Shown here one piece after another: positions 28,999 to 39,370 of a stretch of 64,000 nucleotides of DNA (position 1 is the stretch's first letter; each line of letters starts with the position of its first letter). The position numbers and the translations under genes were made by a program. The stretch comes from a virus: IMG/VR virus record IMGVR_UViG_3300042508_000910. One strand, written 5' to 3'. The notes under the pieces were generated by a model. It made no database searches. It saw only the letters and a list, made by a program, of their open reading frames with translations, and was not told the DNA's origin.

Positions 28999-29247
28999 CT
29001 ATTCTTTTTTCTTGCGTTTCTTTTTACCAATATCAGCAATATTTTGTATTGTGCATTCAATATTTAAAGAATTTATAGCTTCTGTCCAATAATTCACATA
29101 TTGTTGTAATGCCATAGCATTTAATTGATTATCGAACTTTGTCATTACTTGAGGATCGCCTTCTCCATTAAAATTAAATAAAATAAATCCGCCAAACGAA
29201 TTCTCATTTAATGCTTCCAGTAACGACTTGGGAAAATCTTTCTGCAC
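28999..29247 (-). CDS. Small hypothetical protein with basic tail (82 aa)
   Basis: GTG start 8 nt after GTGTAA motif (29256-29261). Confidence 0.65.
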   Translation of the reverse strand: MQKDFPKSLLEALNENSFGGFILFNFNGEGDPQVMTKFDNQLNAMALQQYVNYWTEAINSLNIECTIQNIADIGKKKRKKKE

Positions 29248-29260
29248 ATAAAAATTTACA

Positions 29261-29680
29261 CTAAAATATGTTAATATCGAAATTTTGAGAAAAGAAATTG
29301 GGTGATAGATTTTTTAAATCTTTTTCATATATTTCAATCAATTTAAAATTATTTTTTTCTAGCCATTGAGCTTTTTTACAATCTCTTTTTATGCTTTGAA
29401 GATAATTCATTCTTGAATTTGCATGAAAAAATTCGTTAAAGCTTTCGTGTTGTTCGCCATTTATCTCTACTGCGATTCGTTTTGTTGCATTTAATAAATC
29501 CACTTTCATTAAAGATCCGTAAACTGGAAATTCTTCATAGACAATATGATTTTTCCAATACTGCTGAAAGAATTTTTTTACATTAAATTGTATTTTGCTA
29601 CGACTAGGCTTATCCCAATTAACTAAATACTTTGAGACATTTTTATTTACAAGCTTGCCATTTAAGCTATACAACCTCAT
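29261..29680 (-). CDS. Vsr/DUF559-like endonuclease
   Basis: EEFPV...KVDLL...IAVEINGEQH...RDCKK...NNFKLIEI. Confidence 0.8.
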   Translation of the reverse strand: MRLYSLNGKLVNKNVSKYLVNWDKPSRSKIQFNVKKFFQQYWKNHIVYEEFPVYGSLMKVDLLNATKRIAVEINGEQHESFNEFFHANSRMNYLQSIKRDCKKAQWLEKNNFKLIEIYEKDLKNLSPNFFSQNFDINIF

Positions 29681-30819
29681 GAAGGAATAAGTTTTTTATA
29701 TTTATCAAAAAGATAATCTGTAATTTTAGGATTCTCTTCCAGATACTTTCTAAAGTTATCCATTCCTTGATGCTGTTTGGATAATTCTAATCCAGCATCT
29801 TTTAATTCTTTTATGAGATCATCTCCAACTGTAATCCATGCGCCTTTAGCTGTAACAAATTGCCAAGCAATTAGCTGATCAATAATCTCATACTCTCTCC
29901 AAATAGATGTTCCATTTTTACGTCCATATTTGATAGGATATTCTACTTTATGATTTGTAGTTTCATTCGTAGACTTTTTAATGATTAACTTTGCCGTATG
30001 ACCAATGATTTTATTTTTGACTGGGTCATACTTTTCGTTTGGCTTTTCGAGAATAAGATCTTTATTAAAGCGTGGTTCAAATTCTAATATCCAATTTGCA
30101 AAATGCAATAAAGCATTTCCTCCTGTAGCTGTAGTTTGTCTAATATCTTTATTAGCAGCATATGGGTCAAGTTTAATATCTGACCTTACTTGACTAATAA
30201 ATATAGCCATATGACCTCTTTTGGCTAGAGCGATTGACATCTTTTTCATGAGGACAGAAGATATTACTGCTCCTCCTGCTACTTTAGTTGCATCTGATAA
30301 AGTTTTAACAGAATCATTCTTTGGCATGAGTCCATCTACAGAATCTAAAATAAAAAGATATCTTTTATTTTCTGGATTATTTTTGACAAGATCTAGCATA
30401 AGTTCAGATACTGTCTCAAATATATTAGATTCAAATACAAAACAATTGCCATCTTTCCATTGATCTGGATTTGTAACATATTCAACACCAGATCTCTCTT
30501 GAATCTCTTTAGATAATCTTCCTTCTGCTTTGATTAATATGCCTCTTGCATTTGGAACTGTTTTTAAAAAGTTCTTCATAACCTCTAAAGCTTCAGAAGT
30601 TTTTCCTCCTTCATTCATTCCTAGAAATCTATGTAATCCTGGACAAAATCCGCCACCCATTACAAAATCAAGATTTAAACTACCAGAAGAAACTTTATAA
30701 TAAGTCTCTTCCTCAAAGTTATAATGATCTTCTTTGTTATCCTTTAAAAAGGCTTTAAGCCTATCATTTGATATAGGCCCTTGACTAACTTCTTCTGTTA
30801 CTGTTTTTGTTCTAGCCAT
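29677..30819 (-). CDS. recA: RecA/UvsX-like recombinase
   Basis: SSGSLNLD, GMNEGGKTS Walker A, ILDSVD, FISQVR, GGNALLHFA. Confidence 0.9.
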   Translation of the reverse strand: MARTKTVTEEVSQGPISNDRLKAFLKDNKEDHYNFEEETYYKVSSGSLNLDFVMGGGFCPGLHRFLGMNEGGKTSEALEVMKNFLKTVPNARGILIKAEGRLSKEIQERSGVEYVTNPDQWKDGNCFVFESNIFETVSELMLDLVKNNPENKRYLFILDSVDGLMPKNDSVKTLSDATKVAGGAVISSVLMKKMSIALAKRGHMAIFISQVRSDIKLDPYAANKDIRQTTATGGNALLHFANWILEFEPRFNKDLILEKPNEKYDPVKNKIIGHTAKLIIKKSTNETTNHKVEYPIKYGRKNGTSIWREYEIIDQLIAWQFVTAKGAWITVGDDLIKELKDAGLELSKQHQGMDNFRKYLEENPKITDYLFDKYKKLIPS

Positions 30820-31150
30820 TTAAAAACTCCTTTAATGTTTTTATTTTTTTTACTACAATTTTATCATTCCCTATTTTGTTATCTTCTAAATTATAGGTAT
30901 TTTTTGATTCATTGTCAAGTATAAATGATTGTTTTTGGTTTAATAGGTATTTTTTACCATCAAAAGAAAGCAACCAATCTAAAGATTTAAGGTTTTTTGA
31001 TTTTACCTTGAACCAGAAGCTGGAATTTGGTTCGAATTTTATTAATTTTTTCGCTTGACTTATTTCGTAACCCCAAGGTATATTCTTTGATTTTACGAAT
31101 TTTTTCACGATAAAACAACACAATTTGTGTCCAGATAAGGTGTTTCTCAT
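30812..31150 (-). CDS. Hypothetical protein (start revised to ATG 31150)
   Basis: Basic 112-aa ORF ending KTLKEFLNG, coupled to recA. Confidence 0.55.
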   Translation of the reverse strand: MRNTLSGHKLCCFIVKKFVKSKNIPWGYEISQAKKLIKFEPNSSFWFKVKSKNLKSLDWLLSFDGKKYLLNQKQSFILDNESKNTYNLEDNKIGNDKIVVKKIKTLKEFLNG

Positions 31151-32015
31151 AGTCAAATAAGAGTTTATCATACTTTTTAAGATTTTTCAATACATATTTT
31201 GGACAATTATTTCTATTCAATAAAACTCTAGAAAAAGATTCTCCAGAATTTAAATCGTTTGACTTTCCATTTTTTATATTATCTTCTATTAAAATGGCAT
31301 CATTATTTGGCCATTTATTATTTTCCTGATGAGAATAAGAGGATATTTTATATAAAATATCTTGAATATCTTTATAAAAATATGAATAATGCCATCCTGC
31401 ATCGTTTAGTATAAAACATTCATCTTTAGGAGTTTTTGTTCTAAGATTTTGCATAGTTGATATATTATTTTTTTGAGTAATAATTGGGCTAGTTGATTTA
31501 TTTGTGCCATTCATTTTATTATCAAATTTATAGAAATAATTATCTAAACTTAAACGTATATACTTTCTATTATTTTTATATATTTCATAAAAAGCATCTA
31601 TAACCTTACTTTTCCTAGGAATTTCATCTAAATCACTTAAAATAATTAAATCTTTTTCTGAACTATTTATTGGAAGAAATGGCAAATTAAGACCTTCCAT
31701 TATTTTATTTCTTTGAAATGTTTCAGTTTCCCATGGATTTGGAGATCTGATAAAATCATTGTTCTGGATATATATTATTTTATGATTAAATTTTTTTATT
31801 TTTTCTTTGTCTAAGATAAATCCTTTTCCATTTTTTGTAAATGTGCTACTTGATTCAACAATAACAAAAAAATCAACAACAGAATTTAATTCATTTAGTC
31901 TAACTTCTAAAAGATCGTTTTCATTAAAAAATAAAAAACAATCATATATTTTAACAGAATTTCTATTGTTTTTAAAAAAATGATATTTTTTTACTTGTTC
32001 TAATAAATTTATCAC
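30987..32015 (-). CDS. GT17-like beta-1,4-N-acetylglucosaminyltransferase
   Basis: IYDCFLFFNENDLLEVRL, VES..TF, ETFQRN, LSDLDEIP, AGWHYSY, KISSYSHQE. Confidence 0.85.
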   Translation of the reverse strand: MINLLEQVKKYHFFKNNRNSVKIYDCFLFFNENDLLEVRLNELNSVVDFFVIVESSSTFTKNGKGFILDKEKIKKFNHKIIYIQNNDFIRSPNPWETETFQRNKIMEGLNLPFLPINSSEKDLIILSDLDEIPRKSKVIDAFYEIYKNNRKYIRLSLDNYFYKFDNKMNGTNKSTSPIITQKNNISTMQNLRTKTPKDECFILNDAGWHYSYFYKDIQDILYKISSYSHQENNKWPNNDAILIEDNIKNGKSNDLNSGESFSRVLLNRNNCPKYVLKNLKKYDKLLFDYEKHLIWTQIVLFYREKIRKIKEYTLGLRNKSSEKINKIRTKFQLLVQGKIKKP

Positions 32016-32022
32016 GTAATAT

Positions 32023-33075
32023 TTACACGTTAGATTTTATATCTGATTCTACCATTCTTTTTACAAGATTGTCAAAAGATATTTTTGGCGCCCAATTTAA
32101 TTCTTTTCTCGCCTCCGAAGAATCTCCCAAAAGTAAATTAACTTCTGCAGGTCTATAAAATTTAGGATTCACGATCACAAGTGGTATAAAATTTCCATCT
32201 TCTTTTTTAAGATAAAAAGCTTCATCTTCGTCTCTTCCATCTCCAGTATAAATCCAATGCCCTTCTATATTTATTGTTCGAAACGCTTTTTCAATGAATT
32301 CTCTAATGCTATGCGTTTCATTGGAGGATAAAATATATTCTTTAGGTTTTTCTTGATTTAACATTAACCAAATACCTTCTATAAAATCCTCCGCATGACT
32401 CCAGTCTCTTTTTGCATCAAGATTTCCTAATTCAATAGGGCTAAATTCTTTATTATTTTTAATTGAATGATATATTTTTGCAACACCTTTAGTAATTTTT
32501 CTTGTAACAAATTCTTCTCCTCTGCGTTCACTTTCATGATTGTATAGAATAGAATGAATTGCATATAAATTGTAAGAATCTCTATAGACTTTGGTAATAT
32601 GCCTTGCCGCTGCTTTAGCTGCACCATATGGGCTTCTAGGACGAATTGGATGTTTAAGATCTTGTGGACTATATAATACATCACCCATTTCTTCACTAGA
32701 TCCTGCAGAATAAAATCTACATTCTGGTGAGTATTTTCTTATTGCCTCTAAACATCTAAGAACTCCTACGGCGGTTGCATCAAAAGTTTGTAAAGGTATT
32801 TGCCAACTACTTCCAACGAAAGATTGCGCTGCAAAATTTACAAAAAAATCTGGTTTTATTTCTTTAACTATTTCATCTATAGAATTGCTATCAGAAAGAT
32901 CAGCTATTAGCATTTTAAATCTGGAATTATTTAAATTATGTTTAATATTTTCTAAATTTGGGTTAGAACTTCTTCTTCTAACTCCATAAACCATATAGTC
33001 TGTATTATTAAGCATATAGTCTACCATATATGAACCATCTTGACCTGTAACACCTGTTATAATAATTTTCTTCAT
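32023..33075 (-). CDS. gmd: GDP-mannose 4,6-dehydratase
   Basis: ITGVTGQDGSY, AAQSFV, PRSPYGAAK, NHESERRGEEFVTRKI, LGNLDAKRDW, YRPAEV. Confidence 0.95.
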   Translation of the reverse strand: MKKIIITGVTGQDGSYMVDYMLNNTDYMVYGVRRRSSNPNLENIKHNLNNSRFKMLIADLSDSNSIDEIVKEIKPDFFVNFAAQSFVGSSWQIPLQTFDATAVGVLRCLEAIRKYSPECRFYSAGSSEEMGDVLYSPQDLKHPIRPRSPYGAAKAAARHITKVYRDSYNLYAIHSILYNHESERRGEEFVTRKITKGVAKIYHSIKNNKEFSPIELGNLDAKRDWSHAEDFIEGIWLMLNQEKPKEYILSSNETHSIREFIEKAFRTINIEGHWIYTGDGRDEDEAFYLKKEDGNFIPLVIVNPKFYRPAEVNLLLGDSSEARKELNWAPKISFDNLVKRMVESDIKSNV

Positions 33076-34244
33076 AATTTATTAAGTCCTTTTGTTAAAA
33101 ATAAAATCTGTTCTTTTTTTAGATTTGAATATAAGCCTACATAAAATCCAAAATTATGAATATATGTTGAATTTGGATAGTCCTTAGTCTTATCGAAAAA
33201 ATCTTTGTAGCAAGTTTGATATCCTAAATACCCAGATATAATTGGTCTATACTCTATCTTATTAATTCTGCAGAATTCAATTGCTCTATAATATAAATCT
33301 TTATCATTCTTCTTAATTATAATTGGTAAACAAAATGGAACGTCTTCTTGTAGCTCTCGTTCCTCTGGAAGAAAAAATTTATTTAAATTTAAATTAGATT
33401 TATATATATCATATAGTTCTTTTCTTCTAAAGGTATATTTTTTAATTCTCTTAAAATCTAATTCGCCTATATAAGCATTTAGATCTGTATTTCTAAAATT
33501 ATTTCCTAGAGAATAGAAATCAAATAGTGAGTCTACTTTGGGGTTGATGTATTCTTTATTATTAATGCCATATGTTAAGAGACTCCTTGTCATTCCGTGA
33601 TTTCTATTCATTAAAAAGTATTCATATTCTTTTTGAGAGTTTGTAAAGATAAATCCTCCTTCTATTGATTGTAATTGATGACCAAAATAAGTTGATGTAG
33701 AAGATGTAAAGTAACTAGATATATTTTTACTATTATAGCTACCTAGCGTATTTTCACAATTATCCATCATGATGTTAATATTAAATTTTTTCTGCAACAT
33801 TTTATAGAAATCAATATCAATTGAGTAACCTATTAAGGATGTTGGAAATATGCAAGCGATTTTTTTATGATTGCTTTTGACAAAATCTAAAAGCTTCTTT
33901 TTATCTAGAGAAAAATTATCTAAAGATATATCAATAAATTTTGGGGTCATGCCTTCTCTAATCCAAGGAGAACAAGAAGTTTGCCACGTTGTTGATGGAA
34001 AGATTACAATTTTCTTTGTTTTAGTATAAATATTATCTTTGATATACATTGACATTAAAGTATTAGCTGTAGATCCGCTTGAAACAAATACGGCATATTT
34101 TACGCCTATAAAATTTGCCATGTTTTTTTCAAATGATTTTACATGAATATCTTGTGTCCATCTATTTTTTGGATTAATGATAAAACTAGATATTTTTAAT
34201 CTATCTAAAAATGTAAAATTATTAATATTAAGTGGCCAATTCAT
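33072..34244 (-). CDS. DegT/DnrJ-family PLP enzyme, ColD-type GDP-4-keto-6-deoxymannose 3-dehydratase
   Basis: VSSGSTAN, DNCE, STYFGHQLQSIEGG (His at the usual catalytic Lys position). Confidence 0.75.
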   Translation of the reverse strand: MNWPLNINNFTFLDRLKISSFIINPKNRWTQDIHVKSFEKNMANFIGVKYAVFVSSGSTANTLMSMYIKDNIYTKTKKIVIFPSTTWQTSCSPWIREGMTPKFIDISLDNFSLDKKKLLDFVKSNHKKIACIFPTSLIGYSIDIDFYKMLQKKFNINIMMDNCENTLGSYNSKNISSYFTSSTSTYFGHQLQSIEGGFIFTNSQKEYEYFLMNRNHGMTRSLLTYGINNKEYINPKVDSLFDFYSLGNNFRNTDLNAYIGELDFKRIKKYTFRRKELYDIYKSNLNLNKFFLPEERELQEDVPFCLPIIIKKNDKDLYYRAIEFCRINKIEYRPIISGYLGYQTCYKDFFDKTKDYPNSTYIHNFGFYVGLYSNLKKEQILFLTKGLNKL

Positions 34245-35277
34245 GTTGATTTAGATGTTTAACTAAGTTTTCTGCGGTATATTTCCACTTCCATTTATCT
34301 ATAATAGCAGTTCTTGTATCTATTTTTCCATAAAAATTCCAATTAGAATATATATTCTTTAAAAGATCAGCATATTTCTCAATATCAAAATCATAAAATC
34401 TAGGTTCCTCTGAATAACCAAATGAACCATAACAATTTAAAAGTCCCCAATAATTAACTAATTCATTTAATTTATCACCAATATTTATTTCATTAGACGG
34501 TTTCAATAAAATTCCATAATCTCTATTAATTAAAACATTAGTCGGTTCAAAATCTCCTGTAACACACAGACAGTTGCAGGCTGACATTTCGTGCAATGGA
34601 AAACCCCACGAAGTCATTCTCAATAAGTTTAATCCTACATGAGAGGAAGAATACATATCTCTTATTTCTTGCCTTGTTAATCTTTTGGTAATATATTCAA
34701 TGTTAGATCCTTTATTTTTAAGCTCTTGTATTCTAGTCTTTAGAGTATCTACATTAGTATTTGTATCTTTTATTATAAGTCTAACATTCTTATTGTTTTG
34801 AAATGCTATATGAAATGCTTGAAGCGTTAAGTCTAGACCAGATCTAACGTTACTGCTATTTACATGTATAAATGTAAATATATTATCTTTCGGTAAAGTC
34901 TGATGCCAAAAATCAGTATCACATCCGCAGTGTAATGTTTGACAGTTTATTCCTTCTTTTAAATATAAATTAGTAATCTGATTGCTCATTCCAAAAATAA
35001 TTTTGTTTTGATCTTTTAACATTTGAATATGAAAATTTGTAATTTTATTTATTGTTTCCCAAACAGTTATATAGAATGATTTTTTATCTTTATATTGTTG
35101 ATGAAAATTTAAACTAGATGGGAATCCTATATATTTTGCAGAATCTTGATCAGAATAAAATCCAATTTCTTTAAGTCCTTGATTTAGTCCATAATTAATT
35201 ACAGAGAATGATCCATGATTATCTTTAAAAGTTGGGTCTGAGTAAAATCTTGGATCTTCTTCAAATAAATGTATCAT
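34228..35277 (-). CDS. GT4-like glycosyltransferase
   Basis: TVWET, GCDTDFW, RSGLD, TSWGFPLHEMSAC. Confidence 0.75.
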   Translation of the reverse strand: MIHLFEEDPRFYSDPTFKDNHGSFSVINYGLNQGLKEIGFYSDQDSAKYIGFPSSLNFHQQYKDKKSFYITVWETINKITNFHIQMLKDQNKIIFGMSNQITNLYLKEGINCQTLHCGCDTDFWHQTLPKDNIFTFIHVNSSNVRSGLDLTLQAFHIAFQNNKNVRLIIKDTNTNVDTLKTRIQELKNKGSNIEYITKRLTRQEIRDMYSSSHVGLNLLRMTSWGFPLHEMSACNCLCVTGDFEPTNVLINRDYGILLKPSNEINIGDKLNELVNYWGLLNCYGSFGYSEEPRFYDFDIEKYADLLKNIYSNWNFYGKIDTRTAIIDKWKWKYTAENLVKHLNQHELAT

Positions 35278-35281
35278 ATTT

Positions 35282-36301
35282 TTAATTTAGTATTTGATTA
35301 ATAATATTATATAAGCTTATGGCACTTTTTTCCCATGTAAATTTTTGCGCCGAAATCGATCCATAAATACTAATTTTATTTCTTAAATCATTGTCATCTA
35401 AAAGCTGTCTCATTGAATGTCTAACGCTTTCTTTTACTGGTATGGCCCAATAAGGTTGTTTTGGATGCATTGATGGATCAAATAAATGATTTCTTAATCC
35501 TATAGAATTTAAATAATTAATATCAAAGTTTGTAAATGGCTCTAGATTAAATTTAACATGTATAGCAGAAAAATCATGAGTTGTATAATCTCTAGGTCCA
35601 GCATATGGAATAACGATTAAAGGAGTTCCAGTACTCATACATTCAATAGTCCTTAAATTCCATGTGCTAGTTTTATTTAAACAGATTGCTATATCTGCTT
35701 CATAATAAATATCTTTTTCTTGTTCAAAATTTTCAAGATGTCTATCATCGTGAACAATCTCTACATTAAATTCTCTTGCTTTTTCTTGAATCCATGTCTT
35801 GAAAGTTGAGCTTGATTCTCTATCTCTTATGTAAAGTTTTACTGATTTTGTATTTTTAAATTCTTCACAAAAATTTTCCACAATCAATTCTAGTCCTCCT
35901 CTTGAATTGGATTCCCCAATCCCTAATATAGTAAATTTATCTTTCTTATATTTTTCTTTGAATTTCCAAATATCTGAATCTACCCCTAAATTAAAATAAT
36001 CGCATAAATTTTTTGGATATCCTGCTTCTAATATAAAATTAAGATTATCTTTTGACACACCAAATATTGGTATTGGATGAACATTATTAAATATAAAATG
36101 TGGAAATATTAATTCATAAACAATAATCATTGCATCTGGATTATGCCCATGTTTATTGCCTATACAATCATAAACTATTTTATAACCATCTTTAGAATAA
36201 ATTCCTAGTTTTTCTGCAGATTTATTTAAATTAGAGATAATAATATCACTACTTCTATAAGGTCTATTATTTGGATCTCCTAAAACTTGAATTTTTTTCA
36301 T
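35282..36301 (-). CDS. GT4-like glycosyltransferase
   Basis: LGVDSDIW, RGGLE, TWNLRTIECMSTGTP, FTWEKSA; resembles previous ORF. Confidence 0.75.
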   Translation of the reverse strand: MKKIQVLGDPNNRPYRSSDIIISNLNKSAEKLGIYSKDGYKIVYDCIGNKHGHNPDAMIIVYELIFPHFIFNNVHPIPIFGVSKDNLNFILEAGYPKNLCDYFNLGVDSDIWKFKEKYKKDKFTILGIGESNSRGGLELIVENFCEEFKNTKSVKLYIRDRESSSTFKTWIQEKAREFNVEIVHDDRHLENFEQEKDIYYEADIAICLNKTSTWNLRTIECMSTGTPLIVIPYAGPRDYTTHDFSAIHVKFNLEPFTNFDINYLNSIGLRNHLFDPSMHPKQPYWAIPVKESVRHSMRQLLDDNDLRNKISIYGSISAQKFTWEKSAISLYNIINQILN

Positions 36302-37062
36302 TTATATGGATTTAAATCATTAAAATATTTTACTCTGTCTTCTCTGCTTGTAGCTGGTAAATGTACAATAAAGTCTTCTGATTTAACATCATTCCAATAT
36401 GCATTCATTTTATTATGCGGAAGAATATTAATTCTAGAAGAATCAATTTCATTATTTAAAAGAAAATGATGAAATGCTCTTTGATCCCACCAATTAGAAC
36501 AATCAAAATGAAAATCTTTCTTAGCTAATAAAAATTCTAAAAATGATACAGAATCTTTGCATTTTTTAATTAGAAACGTTCCAAGACATGGACCATTAAC
36601 ATTACAAACTGACAGCCAAAGAAATGGATCATTTTTTACTTTTAATATTTTATTAGCTCTTTCTAGAGCTGGCATAGAAGAACAATTTATATTTTCATTA
36701 GAATGAATCAACACGCATTCATCAAGACTATCTAAAGATAAGATATTTTCAATTCTTATATTCTTATTGTGTATAAAAGCGTCTGCATCCATCCATAAGA
36801 CATATTCATAATCATAATCTTGTAAAATTCTAGATATTATATATATTTTGTCCCAAGAAATTGGCAAGTTAATAAAGCCTTTTCTCTTATAAAGAAAATC
36901 ATAATTATTTTCTTTGCAATATCTTAATTTATTTTGTAATGTTAAATCTCCAATATATTGATGATTATCATCATAAGCTGTATAAACTAAAATTTTTTTT
37001 ATAGTATCTTCTGGTGTAAAAATACAAAAATTTAGATTTTGATCTAATTTATTCATTTGCAT
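36298..37062 (-). CDS. GT34-like (GMA12/MNN10) glycosyltransferase
   Basis: NKLRYCKENNYD, SWDKI, VLWMDADA, WWDQRA, DFIVHLP. Confidence 0.8.
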   Translation of the reverse strand: MQMNKLDQNLNFCIFTPEDTIKKILVYTAYDDNHQYIGDLTLQNKLRYCKENNYDFLYKRKGFINLPISWDKIYIISRILQDYDYEYVLWMDADAFIHNKNIRIENILSLDSLDECVLIHSNENINCSSMPALERANKILKVKNDPFLWLSVCNVNGPCLGTFLIKKCKDSVSFLEFLLAKKDFHFDCSNWWDQRAFHHFLLNNEIDSSRINILPHNKMNAYWNDVKSEDFIVHLPATSREDRVKYFNDLNPYK

Positions 37063-37867
37063 CTTTTAAAGATCTTAAAATCATCCCTATTCTAAAACTT
37101 AAATTTAAATTAGTTTTTAATTGATTATCAAAATATTTTTCTAACATTATTTTTAACGATTTTCCATCTCTTTGATCTTCCCAATAAATTTTTATATCAT
37201 TATTTAAAAACTCAAATTTGTTTATTCTTTTCTCGTATTGATTTCCAAAATTTGCATAAATTCTATTACTATTATAAGATAATTGCATTGAATAATTTTT
37301 ATTATCGTCTAAATGAAAACCATTTAAACTCAAAATCTCTGGATCAAAAATGTAAAATAATACCGACATTACATGACAACCATAGTCCCATAAAGCTGTA
37401 TAATCTTTTCTAAATGGGCCTTGACCAGCATTTACAATTGTAAAATGATTAAAATTATTATTTATATGACTTTTAACTTGATCTAGCGTAGGATTAAATA
37501 AATTAATATAATTTGTATAAAAAATATTTTTATTTTTACCTATTAATTCGTAAATTTCTTCATATTCTTTATTATTAAACATGCATGGTTTTTCGCATAT
37601 AACATTTTTACCTTTTTCTAATGCATATTTAGATATATTAAAATGATCTTTTGGATGAGTAGCTATAATTACTGTATCAACTTGATCGGTTATAGCATTT
37701 TTATAATTATCAGTCCATTCTGCTATTCTAAGCGACTCATCAAGATTATCAAAAGTATCTCTACTCAACGAACTTAAATATTTAATATTAATATTTTTAA
37801 ATTCTTTTAAATTTTTAATATAATTCTTGCCCCATTTTCCAATTCCTATAATAGATACATTATTCAT
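37049..37867 (-). CDS. Gfo/Idh/MocA-family oxidoreductase
   Basis: IIGIGKWG, IATHPKDH, VICEKP, WDYGCH. Confidence 0.85.
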   Translation of the reverse strand: MNNVSIIGIGKWGKNYIKNLKEFKNINIKYLSSLSRDTFDNLDESLRIAEWTDNYKNAITDQVDTVIIATHPKDHFNISKYALEKGKNVICEKPCMFNNKEYEEIYELIGKNKNIFYTNYINLFNPTLDQVKSHINNNFNHFTIVNAGQGPFRKDYTALWDYGCHVMSVLFYIFDPEILSLNGFHLDDNKNYSMQLSYNSNRIYANFGNQYEKRINKFEFLNNDIKIYWEDQRDGKSLKIMLEKYFDNQLKTNLNLSFRIGMILRSLKDANE

Positions 37868-37916
37868 AATTTTATTAAAATGGCATCTTTATTATTATTT
37901 ATAATATCTTACAAAT

Positions 37917-38975
37917 TTAAGATTTATAATTTTCTTTTGCCCAATTAAAAAATTTATAGATTCCCGTTTCTAGATCAACCGTTGGAATATATTCTAATTC
38001 TTTTTTAGCTTTAGATATGTCTGGACATCTTCTATGTGGTTCTGTGCTTGGATAGTTATTGGGATATGGTATTTCTATTATGTCACCAGAATAATTCGTT
38101 ATTTTTTTAACAAGTCTTGCTAAATCTGGTATTGTAATTTCTGGAGTATCACATCCAATATTATATATTTCACCAGCTCTGCCTTTTATTAAAACTTTTA
38201 AAAATCCAATTATTGCGTCTGTTATAAAACAAAAAGTTCTAGTGTTGTTATTGTTTCCATAAACTTTTAATGGTTGATTATTTAAAACTCCTTTAATAAA
38301 ATTTGGTAAAACTCTTGTATCAGACTGATGAGCATATGAATATACATTAAATGGTCTAATTACTTTGACATTAACATCATGATGAGTATAAAATATATAA
38401 CTTAAAGTTTCTACAACCATTTTTCCTATATCATAACAGCTTCTAGTGTCCATTGATGGACATGAACCAATAAAAGTCTCTGGTGTTGGTATTTGATCAT
38501 CTGGAGGCGTTCCGTAGACCTCTGAAGATGAAAAAGTTATAATAGACTCTACTGAATGTTGGTATGCAAGTTCTAATACATTTAAAATTCCAGAGTAGCT
38601 TACATCTAAAGTTTCTAATGGGTATTTTTTATATACGGCTGGTGCTGCAATTCCTGCTGCAGCAATTATATAATCTATTTTTACGGAATTTTTTAATTTG
38701 GTTTTTAAAGGCTGAGTGATATCATGTCGAATGATTTCTATATTAGGATCATCGTATATTTTTTCATCTATATCGCTTCCAACAATATAATTATCAACAG
38801 ATATTATCTTAGCTGGTTTCTTTAAAATATTTTTATTTATAAATTGAAAGAAAGCTAAAAAATTTCTACCTAAAAAACCAGATCCTCCAGTTATTAATAT
38901 AGTTTTTCCTTCAAAACGAAAAATATCGTTTTTAAGACCATTTGCAATATCTAGAAGATCTTGTTCTGGAATCAT
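37917..38975 (-). CDS. NAD-dependent epimerase/dehydratase (UDP-glucuronate decarboxylase-like)
   Basis: TGGSGFLG, HDIT, SSSEVYG, RSCYDIGK, TRTFCFITD, RRCPDISKA. Confidence 0.85.
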   Translation of the reverse strand: MIPEQDLLDIANGLKNDIFRFEGKTILITGGSGFLGRNFLAFFQFINKNILKKPAKIISVDNYIVGSDIDEKIYDDPNIEIIRHDITQPLKTKLKNSVKIDYIIAAAGIAAPAVYKKYPLETLDVSYSGILNVLELAYQHSVESIITFSSSEVYGTPPDDQIPTPETFIGSCPSMDTRSCYDIGKMVVETLSYIFYTHHDVNVKVIRPFNVYSYAHQSDTRVLPNFIKGVLNNQPLKVYGNNNNTRTFCFITDAIIGFLKVLIKGRAGEIYNIGCDTPEITIPDLARLVKKITNYSGDIIEIPYPNNYPSTEPHRRCPDISKAKKELEYIPTVDLETGIYKFFNWAKENYKS

Positions 38976-39370
38976 TTATTATATAAATCCTTTAGACTAT
39001 AGTCAACTCTAGTAGTATCATTTTCATAGTTGGCACTTGTTCTACTTAATGTACTATAACAATGAAATACTGTTTCTACTGGGAAATACATTTCATGCAC
39101 AACATTTGGTGGAGTATAAAATAACTCCCCCTCTTTAATAATTTCCATTGTTATTTTATCTGGATTATCTATTGGTTGTTCAAAATAGTGAATTTCGCCT
39201 TTTGTAACAAGACAATAATGTGAATCTGCTTTATGCCAATGTTTGGCTCTCGTACTATTTGGTTCGCTAGATATAATTGAAACGCTATTAATAGTCTGAT
39301 TTTCTAAAATCATATCTATTGATCCTCTTGCGTCTTTATATGATGGTCCTAGATTAATTTTGGTTTGCAT
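38972..39370 (-). CDS. Cupin, NDP-sugar epimerase/isomerase-like (start revised to 39370)
   Basis: DARGSI, RAKHWHK, PPNVVH. Confidence 0.75.
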   Translation of the reverse strand: MQTKINLGPSYKDARGSIDMILENQTINSVSIISSEPNSTRAKHWHKADSHYCLVTKGEIHYFEQPIDNPDKITMEIIKEGELFYTPPNVVHEMYFPVETVFHCYSTLSRTSANYENDTTRVDYSLKDLYNK

